This document shows, piece by piece, positions 18,907 to 28,831 of a stretch of DNA of 64,000 nucleotides. Both the position numbers and the translations under genes were made by a program. The DNA comes from an uncultured Burkholderiales bacterium (GTDB lineage Bacteria; Vulcanimicrobiota; Xenobia; Xenobiales; JADMJV01). Under the pieces are notes generated by a model, which was not told where the DNA came from, searched no databases, and saw only the letters and a program-made list of their open reading frames with translations. The DNA lies in contig CAZYPN010000003.1 of NCBI GenBank assembly GCA_964649085.1, forward strand, positions 139,076 through 203,075, in the 5' to 3' direction. Each line of letters opens with the position of its first letter. Positions within the stretch are counted from its first letter, which is position 1.

Positions 18907-20763
18907 GTGTTCATTGGCTATTCACGATATCGCCGGACCTTGTTGGGTTTGGCCCTGCTGTTCTCCTTTGGGGGTGGGCCTGTGGCTGGCCAGCCCTCGT
19001 CCGACCCGCGAGCCTGTTCTTATCGGGTGAGTTTCCCTGAAGCGCGCAACCATTACCTGAACATCCAGATGGTACTGCCGACGGAAGGGCGCTCTGAAGT
19101 GGAAGTGTTTCTTCCTGTCTGGACGCCGGGTTCGTATATGGTTCGCGAATACAGTCGGCATCTCGAGGGCTTGCAGGCGCGGGCTGGCGAGAAGCCCCTG
19201 GGGCTCGAGAAGACCAGTAAAAATCGCTGGCGTATTCAGTGTCAGGGCCATGCCCAAATCGAAGTTTCGTATCGCGTGTACTGCCGTGAGATGTCGGTGC
19301 GTACCTGCTGGGTCGAGTCGGATTTCGCACTGCTCAACGGGGCTGCGCTCTATCTGGCGCCGGTGGGCGACCTGAAGCGCCCCTTCGAGGTTCAGGTCGA
19401 GCTGCCCAGTGGCTGGAAGCGGGCCGAAACTGGACTCGAGCAACTTTCCGCCGGTCGCTTTCGGGCCAGCGACTATGATCAACTGGTCGACAGTCCCATT
19501 CTGGCGGGCAGCCCCGAGGTTTACGAGTTCACCCACAAGAATGTGGTTCATCGCCTCGTCAATGAAGGCGAGGGCGGTATTTGGGATGGCCCCCGCAGCG
19601 GTCGCGATGTCAGGAAAATCGTGTCCACGGTTGAGGCTATGTGGCCCGACATGCCCTATGCCAACTATCCGCCGCGCAGCTACACGTTTTTGAATTTGCT
19701 GACCCAGGCGGGCGGCGGACTCGAGCATCGCAACTCCTGCGTGCTGATGGGCAACCGTTGGGGGCAGCGCGCCCGCAAGGACTATCTGGGCTGGCTCTCG
19801 CTGGTGGCCCACGAGTATTTTCACGCCTGGAACGTGAAAACGCTGCGTCCCGAGGCGCTCGGTCCTTTCGACTACGAGAACGAGAACTACACTCCCAGTC
19901 TGTGGATCGCCGAGGGTTGCACGGCCTATTACGACAACCTGCTGGTGCGGCGGGCCGGGCTCTCGACCCCCAAAGAGTATCTGGAGGCGCTCTCCAAAGA
20001 GATCGAACTGTTGCAGAGCGCCCCGGGTCGGCAGGTTCAAAGCCTGCGCCTCAGCTCGTGGGACGCCTGGATCAAGCTCTACCGTCCCGACGAGAACAGC
20101 CCCAATTCCTCGATGTCCTATTATACAAAGGGTGCCATTGTGGGCTTTCTGCTCGATGCCCGCATTCGAGAAATGAGCGGCGGCAAGCACAGCCTCGACG
20201 ATGTGTTCCGCCGTGCCTATCAGTTGTACTCAGGCGAGCGGGGCTATAGCGAGGCTCAGTTTCGCAAGCTGGCCGAGGAGCTGGCTGGGGGGTCGCTGGC
20301 CAGCTTCTTCGAGGCTTATGTCGATGGCACTCGCGAGTTGGACTACGGCCCCGCCCTGCGCTACTACGGTCTGCGCTTTAAGCCCGCTGAGCCACGCAAA
20401 GACAACGATCCCGAGGCGGGCTGGCTGGGGGCTTCGGTCAAGCTCTCGGGCGGTCGCCTGGTGGTGGGGGGCGTCAAACGCCAGACCCCCGCTTACGAGG
20501 CGGGCTTGAACGTCGACGACGAAATTCTGGCGATCAACGATTATCGCATACCCACCGACAAAGAGGATCGTTTGGATGAACGCCTCAAGCAGTATGCTCC
20601 TGGAACTCGGGTGCAGTTGCTGCTGGCCCGACGCGAAAAGTTGCTGCGCCTTGAGGTCAAGCTGGCCTCCCGTCCCAACACCTCCTGGAGCCTGGAAGTT
20701 GATCCCGAGAAAGGCAAAGAGGCCCAGGCTCGGCGAGCTGCCTGGTTGGGCCCGGAAACGTAG
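18907..20763 (+). CDS. Secreted M61 glycyl-aminopeptidase-family metallopeptidase with a C-terminal PDZ domain
   Basis: N-terminal signal peptide. HEYFHAWN (HExxH). C-terminal PDZ-like GGVKRQTPAYEAGLNVDDEILAINDYRI. Confidence 0.75.
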   Translation: MFIGYSRYRRTLLGLALLFSFGGGPVAGQPSSDPRACSYRVSFPEARNHYLNIQMVLPTEGRSEVEVFLPVWTPGSYMVREYSRHLEGLQARAGEKPLGLEKTSKNRWRIQCQGHAQIEVSYRVYCREMSVRTCWVESDFALLNGAALYLAPVGDLKRPFEVQVELPSGWKRAETGLEQLSAGRFRASDYDQLVDSPILAGSPEVYEFTHKNVVHRLVNEGEGGIWDGPRSGRDVRKIVSTVEAMWPDMPYANYPPRSYTFLNLLTQAGGGLEHRNSCVLMGNRWGQRARKDYLGWLSLVAHEYFHAWNVKTLRPEALGPFDYENENYTPSLWIAEGCTAYYDNLLVRRAGLSTPKEYLEALSKEIELLQSAPGRQVQSLRLSSWDAWIKLYRPDENSPNSSMSYYTKGAIVGFLLDARIREMSGGKHSLDDVFRRAYQLYSGERGYSEAQFRKLAEELAGGSLASFFEAYVDGTRELDYGPALRYYGLRFKPAEPRKDNDPEAGWLGASVKLSGGRLVVGGVKRQTPAYEAGLNVDDEILAINDYRIPTDKEDRLDERLKQYAPGTRVQLLLARREKLLRLEVKLASRPNTSWSLEVDPEKGKEAQARRAAWLGPET

Positions 20764-20775
20764 AGTTTATCGCCT

Positions 20776-22596
20776 GTGAGCCAGCCTAATGTGGAGCCCC
20801 CTCGGGCTGCTCCTCCGAAACGTGAGCCGCTTCCGGAAGGAACGGTCTTGCGCGGCATGTACACAGTGGGTCCCCTGGTGGGCGTGGGGGGCTTCAGTCT
20901 GACCTACCTGGCTTACCAGGGCAGTTTACAGATTCCGGTGGCCATCAAGGAGTTTTTCCCCTCGGGTTGTGTGCGCCGTCCAGAGGGCATTGTCCCGGTT
21001 GCTCCCTGGACGCGCGAGGGCTATGCCGCGGCCCTGGACAACTTCCAGCGCGAAGGCGCCACCCTGGGTCGATTTCATCATCCCGGCATCGTGCGCGTTC
21101 ACGGCCAGTTCGAGGAGAACCGCAGCGCCTACCTGGTGGAAGAGTTGCTCGAGGGCGAGTCGCTCGGCGAGGGTCTGCAGCGCGCCGGAATGATGGCCGA
21201 GCAGCAGGCCTTGCAGGTGGCTCACCAGATGGGCCTGGCCCTGATGCTGGTCCACGCCGGTGGTCTGGTTCACTCGGATATCAAGCCCGATAATATCTTT
21301 TGGACTCATCAGGGTCGCTATGTGTTGCTGGATTTTGGGGTCTCTCGTGGCTACCTCAGCGAAAAGGCGGCCAAAGAGGGGATGGCGGCGGTATCGCTGG
21401 GCTATTCTCCCCCCGAACAGTATGACAAGAACTCCAAGGTGACGCCCCAGGCCGACGTTTACGCTCTGGCCGCCACCCTCTATCACTTGCTCACGGGTCG
21501 TCAGACGATCGAGGCCCGCCGGCGCATTAAGGGAGATCGACTCACTTCCATCCGCTCGGTCAATCCCACCGTGCGTCCCGAAACGGAACAGGCCATCTTT
21601 CAGGCACTGCAGCTCGACCTGAAAAAGCGCACCGGAAGCATTCGTCAGTTTCTGGAGGATCTGGGCCTGGATACGGCTCCCAATGCGCCCGCGGTATTTG
21701 CCACGCCCGAGTTCGAACGGGTGGCCGATGCGATGGCTCACGTTGGTGGCGTTCAGGCTGTGGCCCTCGCCAGCGAACACCGACGCATCTTTAGCGGAGG
21801 CAAAGACGGGCGCATTTCCCTTTGGAGCTGGCCCGATTTGCAGCTGCTTGGCACCACCCCCGCCCACAGCCAGCCGATTACGGCCCTGGCCTGTTCCCCC
21901 GATGGCGGCTATCTGGTCAGCGGAGCCCAGTCGGGCGAGATCAAGCTTTGGGACGGAGCCCAGGGGCGTGAACTGCAAACCCTCAATCACGCCGGTCCCG
22001 GCGTTCTAAGGCTGGCGTTTCATCCTGACGGAGGTCTGATTGTGGCAGGTTTCACCGATGGTCGCTGCGCTCTGCTCGGTCCGGTGCTGCCCCAACCCAT
22101 GGCCTGGCAGGCCCACAAAGGTTCGGTCAACGGGCTCGACATCAGTCCCGACGGGATCTGGCTGGCCACCACCGCCGATGATAAGGTGGTCAACTTCTGG
22201 CGGCTGCCCGACGGACGTTTTCTGCGCTCCATCCAGGCTCACGAGAAGTTGGTCCAATCGGTGCGCTTCAGCCCCGATGGCAAGCTGCTGCTGACCGGTT
22301 CCAACGATCTTACGGCGCGCCTGTGGGACCTGGCCGCCAATGTCGAAATGCGAGTGCTCAAAGGCCATAAAGGCATGGTCTGGGAGGCGGCCTTTACTTC
22401 CACCCCTCAGCTCGTCGTTACCGTATCGGCCGACCGTTGCCTGCGTGCTTTCCGGGTAGATACGGGACGCGTGGCGCTCTGCTCGGAAGCCCACGAAGGC
22501 TGGGCTCGAGTGCTGGCCGCCGATCTTACCGAACCCTTCGTGGCCACCGGCGGGGCCGACGGTCACCTTCGGGTCTGGCGCATTCCGCCGATCTAG
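20776..22596 (+). CDS. Ser/Thr protein kinase fused to WD40 beta-propeller repeats
   Basis: GVGGFSLTY...AIKE (ATP site), HSDIKPDNIF (catalytic loop), DFGVS. The C-terminal ~300 aa carry repeated GH...WD-type repeats (LWDGAQ, FWRLPDG, LWDLAA, VWRIP). Confidence 0.85.
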   Translation: MSQPNVEPPRAAPPKREPLPEGTVLRGMYTVGPLVGVGGFSLTYLAYQGSLQIPVAIKEFFPSGCVRRPEGIVPVAPWTREGYAAALDNFQREGATLGRFHHPGIVRVHGQFEENRSAYLVEELLEGESLGEGLQRAGMMAEQQALQVAHQMGLALMLVHAGGLVHSDIKPDNIFWTHQGRYVLLDFGVSRGYLSEKAAKEGMAAVSLGYSPPEQYDKNSKVTPQADVYALAATLYHLLTGRQTIEARRRIKGDRLTSIRSVNPTVRPETEQAIFQALQLDLKKRTGSIRQFLEDLGLDTAPNAPAVFATPEFERVADAMAHVGGVQAVALASEHRRIFSGGKDGRISLWSWPDLQLLGTTPAHSQPITALACSPDGGYLVSGAQSGEIKLWDGAQGRELQTLNHAGPGVLRLAFHPDGGLIVAGFTDGRCALLGPVLPQPMAWQAHKGSVNGLDISPDGIWLATTADDKVVNFWRLPDGRFLRSIQAHEKLVQSVRFSPDGKLLLTGSNDLTARLWDLAANVEMRVLKGHKGMVWEAAFTSTPQLVVTVSADRCLRAFRVDTGRVALCSEAHEGWARVLAADLTEPFVATGGADGHLRVWRIPPI

Positions 22597-22599
22597 CTT

Positions 22600-23202
22600 A
22601 TGGATACCTTGTTGACCTGGCTCAGGATTAGCCAGCTCGAAACCACCGAACCCGAGCCCGTGCTGGAGTTGGTGCAGGCAGCTCTGGATGAAGTCGATGA
22701 AGAGCATCCGGCCTATGCCTGGTTGGTGTCTCTCGAAGTCGACCTCGAGGACGGTAAACTCCCCCTGAGCAGGCTGGAGCGTTTTCGCGAGCGCTTCTCG
22801 GAAGCTCCGAAGACGCTCGACGACTGCGCCGAATTGGAGGCCCGCTATCGTCGTCTGGCCGAGGATCTTACCGCCGCCGAGTGGCGAACCCGCAGGCTGG
22901 AAAGGGTCTTTCGCTGGCTCGAGGGCGAGCCGGAAGACCTTGAGGCCATTCGCGAGGCGATCTTCACCGCCTGGGAACAGTATCAGGGCGTTTCTCTAAC
23001 CGCCGACGAGATTACGGCCGAAACCGTGGTGGGGCATCGGCTCTTGCTCGATGGCCTGGAACGCTGGCTGGAAGCGCTCGATGGCCTGGCCACAGCTGGC
23101 ACGGCAGCCGAGGAACAGGAGGCGTTGGGGAAGGCGATCTACGCCAATCGTTTGCTGGTTGCCGTCCAGCGCCTTCACCAGGAGGTCGCTGCGGCTAGCT
23201 GA
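22600..23202 (+). CDS. Hypothetical acidic protein just downstream of the kinase
   Basis: A 200-aa ORF with good coding look. No motif recognised. Confidence 0.4.
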   Translation: MDTLLTWLRISQLETTEPEPVLELVQAALDEVDEEHPAYAWLVSLEVDLEDGKLPLSRLERFRERFSEAPKTLDDCAELEARYRRLAEDLTAAEWRTRRLERVFRWLEGEPEDLEAIREAIFTAWEQYQGVSLTADEITAETVVGHRLLLDGLERWLEALDGLATAGTAAEEQEALGKAIYANRLLVAVQRLHQEVAAAS

Positions 23203-23806
23203 GGCGCTCGAGTTGGACCACCTGATGCACTTTGCGGCCGTCTGGGAAGTGGCTGAGCAGGACGGTGGTGGAGCGCAGCGGACCCCCAGGGTCGAGTCGG
23301 AACTGCAAGCTCCCCCGGATTTCGCTTTGTTCTCCCGTGGCCCCAGGAGCGGGCCGAGCGTGACTGACCAGGTGGGCCACTCCGGATTCCAGCTTCTCCA
23401 GTTGAAACTGAAGCTCTAATGGGCCGCCCGCAGGAGTGGCCTGGACAACGCTCCACAGTTGCCCCGGGGCCACCGCCTCCTCGGGCAAAGGGGGCGTGGG
23501 GCTGAGCTGAGATTCCATATGTTCCAGCAGGGCGCCACGGGCATCCATCCAGCATCGTGATCGGCCTTCTGCCAGCTGCAACGGCACCTGTTCACCCAGG
23601 GCACCCTCGCGTGAGACCACCTTCTGTTCGAATTCGATTTGAAAGCGCTCCCCCTGGATCGTTAACACCTTTTGGGTCAGGTCGCAGACCACCCGCCCCC
23701 CAGCCTTGCTTCCATCGGGTTGTTCTAATACCAGGGTAATGGTCTGGCGATGTACCTGGATTTCACCCGGCTTGAAAGAATAACGAAGGACAACCTGGCT
23801 GCTCAC
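23195..23806 (-). CDS. Hypothetical protein
   Basis: 203-aa ORF, convergent with the previous gene. No motif recognised. Confidence 0.35.
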   Translation of the reverse strand: MSSQVVLRYSFKPGEIQVHRQTITLVLEQPDGSKAGGRVVCDLTQKVLTIQGERFQIEFEQKVVSREGALGEQVPLQLAEGRSRCWMDARGALLEHMESQLSPTPPLPEEAVAPGQLWSVVQATPAGGPLELQFQLEKLESGVAHLVSHARPAPGATGEQSEIRGSLQFRLDPGGPLRSTTVLLSHFPDGRKVHQVVQLERLS

Positions 23807-23903
23807 CCCGGTGAATTCTCATTCAGGTGCCTGCGACCTCTTGACGAGGTGAGTTTCCGTGGGAGAATGAACAGCAAGTTACCATTGCGTTACGGAGGCT
23901 ACT

Positions 23904-25220
23904 TTGGACCCACTTCAGAGCACGGGCAGCGTTCGAACCCCTTCTTCGACAAGCGGCACCCAGCGCACCTCGAGAGCAGGCAACACGAGTGGCACTGGAG
24001 AGGCAGCTCCCCTCCAGCAGAATACCCAGATTGCCAATGTCTCCAGTCTGGAGCAGGTGGACTCGGCTGCCAGCAACCCCGGCCAGGCAGCTGCGCTGAC
24101 GGCCGTGCAGAGCCAGACGGCGCGTCAGGTTACCGACGAAGAGAGTGGCGGTCCGGGCGCCGGCGACATCGCCGGAACTGCCGACAACACGGCTCGCGCC
24201 GTGGGCAACACGGAACAAGCCCTCGAGCGCAGTATTCGCGCTGCGCGCGCGGCTCGAGCTGGGCGGGCCGCACAGGCGGGCGTTGCGGCGGCCGAAATGC
24301 GCCAGTCCCAGGTTCCCGATGCTCCCTCGTCGGGTGCACCGGCAGCTGAGGCTCCGGCCCCTTCGGCTCCTGAGACCCAGGCACCGGTGCAGCCCGAAGC
24401 TCCTGCGGCGGCCCCTCGGCGTACTCCCCACACCGACGATATGGCTCAGATGCTCGACGATATGGAGCGCAACAATCTGCTTCCAGAACAGCAGGCAGCA
24501 GCGCGTCGCACGCCAGCTCCAGCGGCTGCCCCAGAAACCCCTCCACCAGCCGTGGCCGATACTCCGGCCCCGGTGGCCCCCGATGCGCCTGAGGCCCCCG
24601 GAGCGGGAAGCCGTTTGGCTCGTGGCCTGCGGGCTGCCGATCGGGTCTTGGGGCCGGCCGGCGTCATTACGGGCGGGCTGGGGGTTGTCCAGGGAGTGCA
24701 GGAAATCGCCCAGGGCCAGGTGGTGGAAGGCACCCTGAACGTCGTCGGTGGTGGTGCTGGCGCGGTGTCGGGGGCGGCGGCTACCACGGCTGCCTTTACC
24801 TCGGCCACCACCGTGGCGGGGGTAGGCTTAACGGCTCTGGCCGCCGGCGGGGCGGGCGTTGCGGCCGTGGCCGACGGGGTTACCGATCTTTACAACAGCG
24901 TGGAGATCAGTCGCAACGGCATTCAGGTGACGAACCCCGAGCAGGCAGCTATCGGTGGTGCGAAAACACTGGGAGGCGGCTTGATGGTTGCGGGCGCAGC
25001 CACAGCCAACCCCATCCTGATCGGAGCAGGTGCCGTGACCTACGCCGGCGCTCTCGTCTATGAGCACCGCGAGGCCATCGGCAATGCCGTGACCAGCGCA
25101 GCCACGGCCGTTGCCGACACCGCCGTGGGAGCGGCTCGGGCGGTTGGCGATGTCGCCAGCGGCGCGGTCAACGCCGTGGGTCGAGGCCTGTCCAGCGCCT
25201 GGAACTGGGCCTTTGGCTGA
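23904..25220 (+). CDS. Ala/Pro/Gly-rich low-complexity protein with a Gly-zipper-like C-terminal half
   Basis: 438-aa ORF with a PAPAAAPETPPPA-rich middle and a GGLGVVQG/AGAVSGAAA glycine-rich tail. It could in part be a GC-rich spurious ORF. Confidence 0.3.
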   Translation: MDPLQSTGSVRTPSSTSGTQRTSRAGNTSGTGEAAPLQQNTQIANVSSLEQVDSAASNPGQAAALTAVQSQTARQVTDEESGGPGAGDIAGTADNTARAVGNTEQALERSIRAARAARAGRAAQAGVAAAEMRQSQVPDAPSSGAPAAEAPAPSAPETQAPVQPEAPAAAPRRTPHTDDMAQMLDDMERNNLLPEQQAAARRTPAPAAAPETPPPAVADTPAPVAPDAPEAPGAGSRLARGLRAADRVLGPAGVITGGLGVVQGVQEIAQGQVVEGTLNVVGGGAGAVSGAAATTAAFTSATTVAGVGLTALAAGGAGVAAVADGVTDLYNSVEISRNGIQVTNPEQAAIGGAKTLGGGLMVAGAATANPILIGAGAVTYAGALVYEHREAIGNAVTSAATAVADTAVGAARAVGDVASGAVNAVGRGLSSAWNWAFG

Positions 25221-25226
25221 ACCCGT

Positions 25227-25607
25227 TCAGCGCCCGGGTAGATAATCGATCAGCTCCTGGCTTCCCTGGAACTCGGGACCGTCGATGCTGGCTCGTAGTT
25301 GCAGCGGCCCGGTGGCCGAGAGCGCCCGCAGCAGCACGCTTTGTTCTTGGAAAAACTCGCGGCTGACCCTGTGACCCGGTCCCAGAGGGGGCACGGATTT
25401 CCAGGTTCGCAGGGGTATCCAGGGGCCAACCTGGGCCCGGCGCGCTTTCAGGTTCATCGTGAACGGGCCGTGCCAGCGTCGGTCGGGGTTGTGGGCTGTG
25501 ACCCTCACATGGATCCGACTCCCGTTTCTCCACACCTTGAGGCGAACCACAGGCGGTCGGGCCTGGACCAGGCTGCCGAGCAGCAGCCACCAGATCAGCG
25601 CTTTGGC
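25227..25607 (-). CDS. Possible small secreted protein (only the C-terminal part of the listed 258-aa ORF is protein-like)
   Basis: A GTG at ~25607 gives VAKALIWWLLLGSLVQA (signal-like) followed by RPPVVRLKVWRNGSRIHV... It lies downstream of the PP-loop gene. Confidence 0.25.
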   Translation of the reverse strand, partial: AKALIWWLLLGSLVQARPPVVRLKVWRNGSRIHVRVTAHNPDRRWHGPFTMNLKARRAQVGPWIPLRTWKSVPPLGPGHRVSREFFQEQSVLLRALSATGPLQLRASIDGPEFQGSQELIDYLPGR

Positions 25608-26668
25608 CACAGGCCACTCAGGTGGGTCCAGCCGGCCTTCAGATAGAGCACAGACAGGGCAAGGCGCACGGCCCGACGGGTTGGCCAGGGCGCCTGGAGT
25701 CGTTGACACTCCTGGAGCAAGACGTCCCAGAGGACCAGGGCGCAAGGGGTGGGCTTCAGCGCCAGCAGGTCGCGAAGGCGAGGCTTCCAATTGCGGTCGG
25801 GGGAGTTGCCGGCCACCTGCCAGGCCAGTAGCGTTCGCAAGCACTTGTCGCAGCGACCGCAATTGCGCTGTCCGGCGGCTCGCTGGCCTCGGCAGACCTG
25901 CAGCTTGCTCACGAATTCGGGGTGCTGTCCCCAGCGCCTGAGCTTCTCCGCGCGTCCGACTTCCTCTCCGTGGGGAACGATCTCCAGATCGGAGCTCGAC
26001 CACAGGCCATCCAGTTGAGGATGCGATCCCCAGGCCAGCAGGCGCTCAAAGCTGCCCGTGGCAGGAATGTATACTTTGCCAAGCGTGCCCTTGAGTAGGT
26101 GCGCCAGGGTGAACAGGCAGTTGCCGTGGTAGGTGCTCCAGGGCACTCGGGGGCGGGCCCAGCGCACGAGATTGGTGCGGATTTCAATCAGGGTTTTACC
26201 GTAGCGCTCGGCCAGTTGACGAATGGGGTGCAACATTTCGTCTTGGAGTTGAGCCGGAGAGTCAAAGCCTCGAATCCAGAGGAGATGGGTGATTTCATCC
26301 TGGCGCTCCAGGAAAGTGTAAAAACTGTCGACGCCCATTGAGAAAAAGCAGCCCACTCCAGAGGCTCTTTCTTCGGAGCGGGTTGTGGGGGAACTCAGAA
26401 CCTCGATTTCTTGCAGTCTGCCGGGCAGTCGCTGATAGCGGTTCAGCAAAGCCGGTAGCGACTCGAAAAGGCGTGAATCCAGGGGGGCGAGCTGCAGGGC
26501 CTGGCGCTGGGCCATGGCCAGGGGAAGGGCCGCGGCCAGCAGCGCTTCGGGACAGAGTTTCAGGGGCGCTCCAGTGGCCTCGACCCGGAGCTGAGCCGGT
26601 GTTTCCAGGCCCTCCAGGCGGCAGCGCAGGCGCTCGGGGCTTTGCTCAATCCCTTTGAACTTCAGCAC
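25595..26668 (-). CDS. PP-loop ATP-pyrophosphatase superfamily protein (QueC/WbuX-like) with a C-terminal Cys cluster
   Basis: GCFFSMGVDSFYTF resembles the SGGxDS PP-loop. The C-terminal CRGQRAAGQRNCGRCDKCLRT resembles the QueC zinc site. The likely GTG start overlaps the upstream stop (GTGCTGA). Confidence 0.5.
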   Translation of the reverse strand: MLKFKGIEQSPERLRCRLEGLETPAQLRVEATGAPLKLCPEALLAAALPLAMAQRQALQLAPLDSRLFESLPALLNRYQRLPGRLQEIEVLSSPTTRSEERASGVGCFFSMGVDSFYTFLERQDEITHLLWIRGFDSPAQLQDEMLHPIRQLAERYGKTLIEIRTNLVRWARPRVPWSTYHGNCLFTLAHLLKGTLGKVYIPATGSFERLLAWGSHPQLDGLWSSSDLEIVPHGEEVGRAEKLRRWGQHPEFVSKLQVCRGQRAAGQRNCGRCDKCLRTLLAWQVAGNSPDRNWKPRLRDLLALKPTPCALVLWDVLLQECQRLQAPWPTRRAVRLALSVLYLKAGWTHLSGLWPKR

Positions 26669-28452
26669 TTCTGCACGGTTTGCAGGGCATAGTGCAGCAG
26701 TGGAACGATCCCCTGACTGGGGGCGTAGTGGTGCAGCATAAAGCGGCGACAGCGCTCGGCCACCTCTGTTCGCCAATCCGAGTCGACGATCAGGCGCTCT
26801 AAAACCTCAGGAAGGTTGCTGCGGTCGGCCTCGGCCCAGGGAAACTCTGCGTCCATTCCCCAGTATTCCAGGTGGCGATTGACGTTCTCCTGGTTGAAGC
26901 TCTGCACCGTGGCTCGTTGCAGCAGCATGGATTCGTTGCCCGACATGCCCATAAAGCCGCGCAGCTGATGAAAGGCGATGTCGCAATCGAGACGGGCCTG
27001 CATGATGTGATGATGGGGCACTCCGGCCAGTTGCAGGAAGCCTACCTGGGGGTGGCGGGACTTCAGCAACTGGGCGGCGTCGAAAAAGGCATCGCTATCC
27101 TTGTGATACATCAGTCGATGCATGCGTTCGTCGGGCAAACTCGGGGTGTGCAGCACGCGCACAATGCCGTCGCGCTGGCTGAGCGGGGGGCGCAGTTCGG
27201 TGGCCTCGGCCCGGGGGGGCAGAAAACCCGTGTAGAAATGGGCCTCTGGATAGATTCGCAAGAGGTGTGGCAGACCTGTAATGACCTGTCGGGGCTTGGC
27301 CTTGCGCCGGGCGATGTTGCGCTGGGCCAGAAAGCCCACATAGAAATGCAGCGAGGGCTTGCGCCGGGCCACTTCGGCGATGTCGGCGGGCCAGTCGAGC
27401 GTGTCGGCGTCGTCGTCTTCGATGAACACCAGCAGGTCGGCGCCTTCCACCAGGGATCGAAATTCCGAGCCCCACTGGGAACCCGAGTAGTGCACCCGAC
27501 ATTCAGGGCCGGCCGGCGAAATGAACGGGTGGGGCTGACGACAGACCACATCGGCTCGACTGGAGGTGTAGCGATTGATGGCATAGCTGAGCTGCATGCC
27601 GGCCCCGGCCACGTTGTGGGGGTCCAGAATCAGCAGTTGCAGCTCGGCCCGCTCGCCGTCCCGATAGGGGTCGAGCCAGTGGGCGGCGGGAAGGCCGTCC
27701 AGGTCGATGTCGATCTCGAAGCGAGGAAAGAGGCCGTCGGGCGACACCGGGTCGCTTTGGGAGGCCTGGCCTGTACGGCGCGGGGCCACTCGCACGCGAA
27801 ACTGGTCGGGCCGCAGCTGTTCGGCCAGCAGCGCCTTGAGGTCGTGGCTGGCCGGTGCCAGGCCGAACTCGTTGTCGTAGCGACCGTAGCGAAAGCGATG
27901 TCGCCCGCCCTCGAGGGGCAGATTGACCGCCTCCCAGAAAGTCCAACGCCGTTGTTGCGCGACCATGTCGCGTAACTTCTGGTCGGGATGTTCGGCCCGG
28001 GCCAACAGTCCGCCCTCATTCGTCGAAACCTGCTGAGGCTTGACCTCCACCAGGCGGGGTTGGCGCTGCCAGCGGCTCCAGTCGGGCAGGGGCGCGCCCT
28101 CTCGAGGACGGCAGCGCAGCCAGTGGATGCCGCACTGTGCCAACCAGGGGCCAAGCGGCTCCCAGAGCGTCTCGGAGGCCGAGGTCAGCAGGGCGTCGGG
28201 GTGTTCCTCCAGCAGGGCCCGACGGGCCACCTGCAGTCGCCACTCGCTCAGTTCGGAGCCCGCCTGGGAGGGCTCGGGGCCGGGAGCAAACTCTTCCATC
28301 CAGCGCACCGGAAAGGGCATGCTTTGCAGCTCCCATTCGGGTCCGGCAATCACCAGCACCGCATCGTGAGGGCCCTGGGAATACAGGTCGAGCAAGGCCG
28401 GCATCAATTCGCCGAAGGCGGCGGCACCGGTGCTCAGGGTTAGAAGGCGCAT
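26662..28452 (-). CDS. Large hypothetical protein (596 aa), possibly a glycosyltransferase-like alpha/beta fold
   Basis: A long ORF with strong coding character. No definitive motif. It is translationally coupled to the PP-loop gene. Confidence 0.45.
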   Translation of the reverse strand: MRLLTLSTGAAAFGELMPALLDLYSQGPHDAVLVIAGPEWELQSMPFPVRWMEEFAPGPEPSQAGSELSEWRLQVARRALLEEHPDALLTSASETLWEPLGPWLAQCGIHWLRCRPREGAPLPDWSRWQRQPRLVEVKPQQVSTNEGGLLARAEHPDQKLRDMVAQQRRWTFWEAVNLPLEGGRHRFRYGRYDNEFGLAPASHDLKALLAEQLRPDQFRVRVAPRRTGQASQSDPVSPDGLFPRFEIDIDLDGLPAAHWLDPYRDGERAELQLLILDPHNVAGAGMQLSYAINRYTSSRADVVCRQPHPFISPAGPECRVHYSGSQWGSEFRSLVEGADLLVFIEDDDADTLDWPADIAEVARRKPSLHFYVGFLAQRNIARRKAKPRQVITGLPHLLRIYPEAHFYTGFLPPRAEATELRPPLSQRDGIVRVLHTPSLPDERMHRLMYHKDSDAFFDAAQLLKSRHPQVGFLQLAGVPHHHIMQARLDCDIAFHQLRGFMGMSGNESMLLQRATVQSFNQENVNRHLEYWGMDAEFPWAEADRSNLPEVLERLIVDSDWRTEVAERCRRFMLHHYAPSQGIVPLLHYALQTVQKC

Positions 28453-28831
28453 TCGCAGCCACTTGCCGCCCGCCCCACCGGAATCCTTTGAAGCTAAGGT
28501 TTCTTTGGTTGAGGTTGAGGCCAGCGCTGGCTTTCGCGCCGCGCCCTGCGCAGAGCTGAATTGGCGCGATGGACCCCGTGGAGTAGTTCCGAAGCGGATA
28601 CGGCAGCAAGGTAGACGGCTTCTTCGCCAAATTCAACATTCAACGGAATGTCGGCCGCTCCAGTTCAATCAGAACGCTGGTGTCGATGATGAATCCCAAG
28701 GGTCCTCTGGCAGAGACGGCTGATCGGACTGGATTGCGGTCAGGTCAGCTGCGAATTGTGCGTCTACTTTGTGGGCCTGAACGGTTCGGAACAAATCTAG
28801 CAGATTCACGAGGGTCTCGGCCGGCACCATT

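Noticed and set aside
25227-26003. 258-aa minus ORF
   Set aside because: The N-terminal two-thirds overlaps the PP-loop gene in another frame and is Arg/Pro-rich. Only the C-terminal ~125 aa were retained as a low-confidence small gene.
26872-27975. 367-aa + strand ORF
   Set aside because: It is antisense to the 596-aa gene (26662..28452). Its composition is low-complexity.
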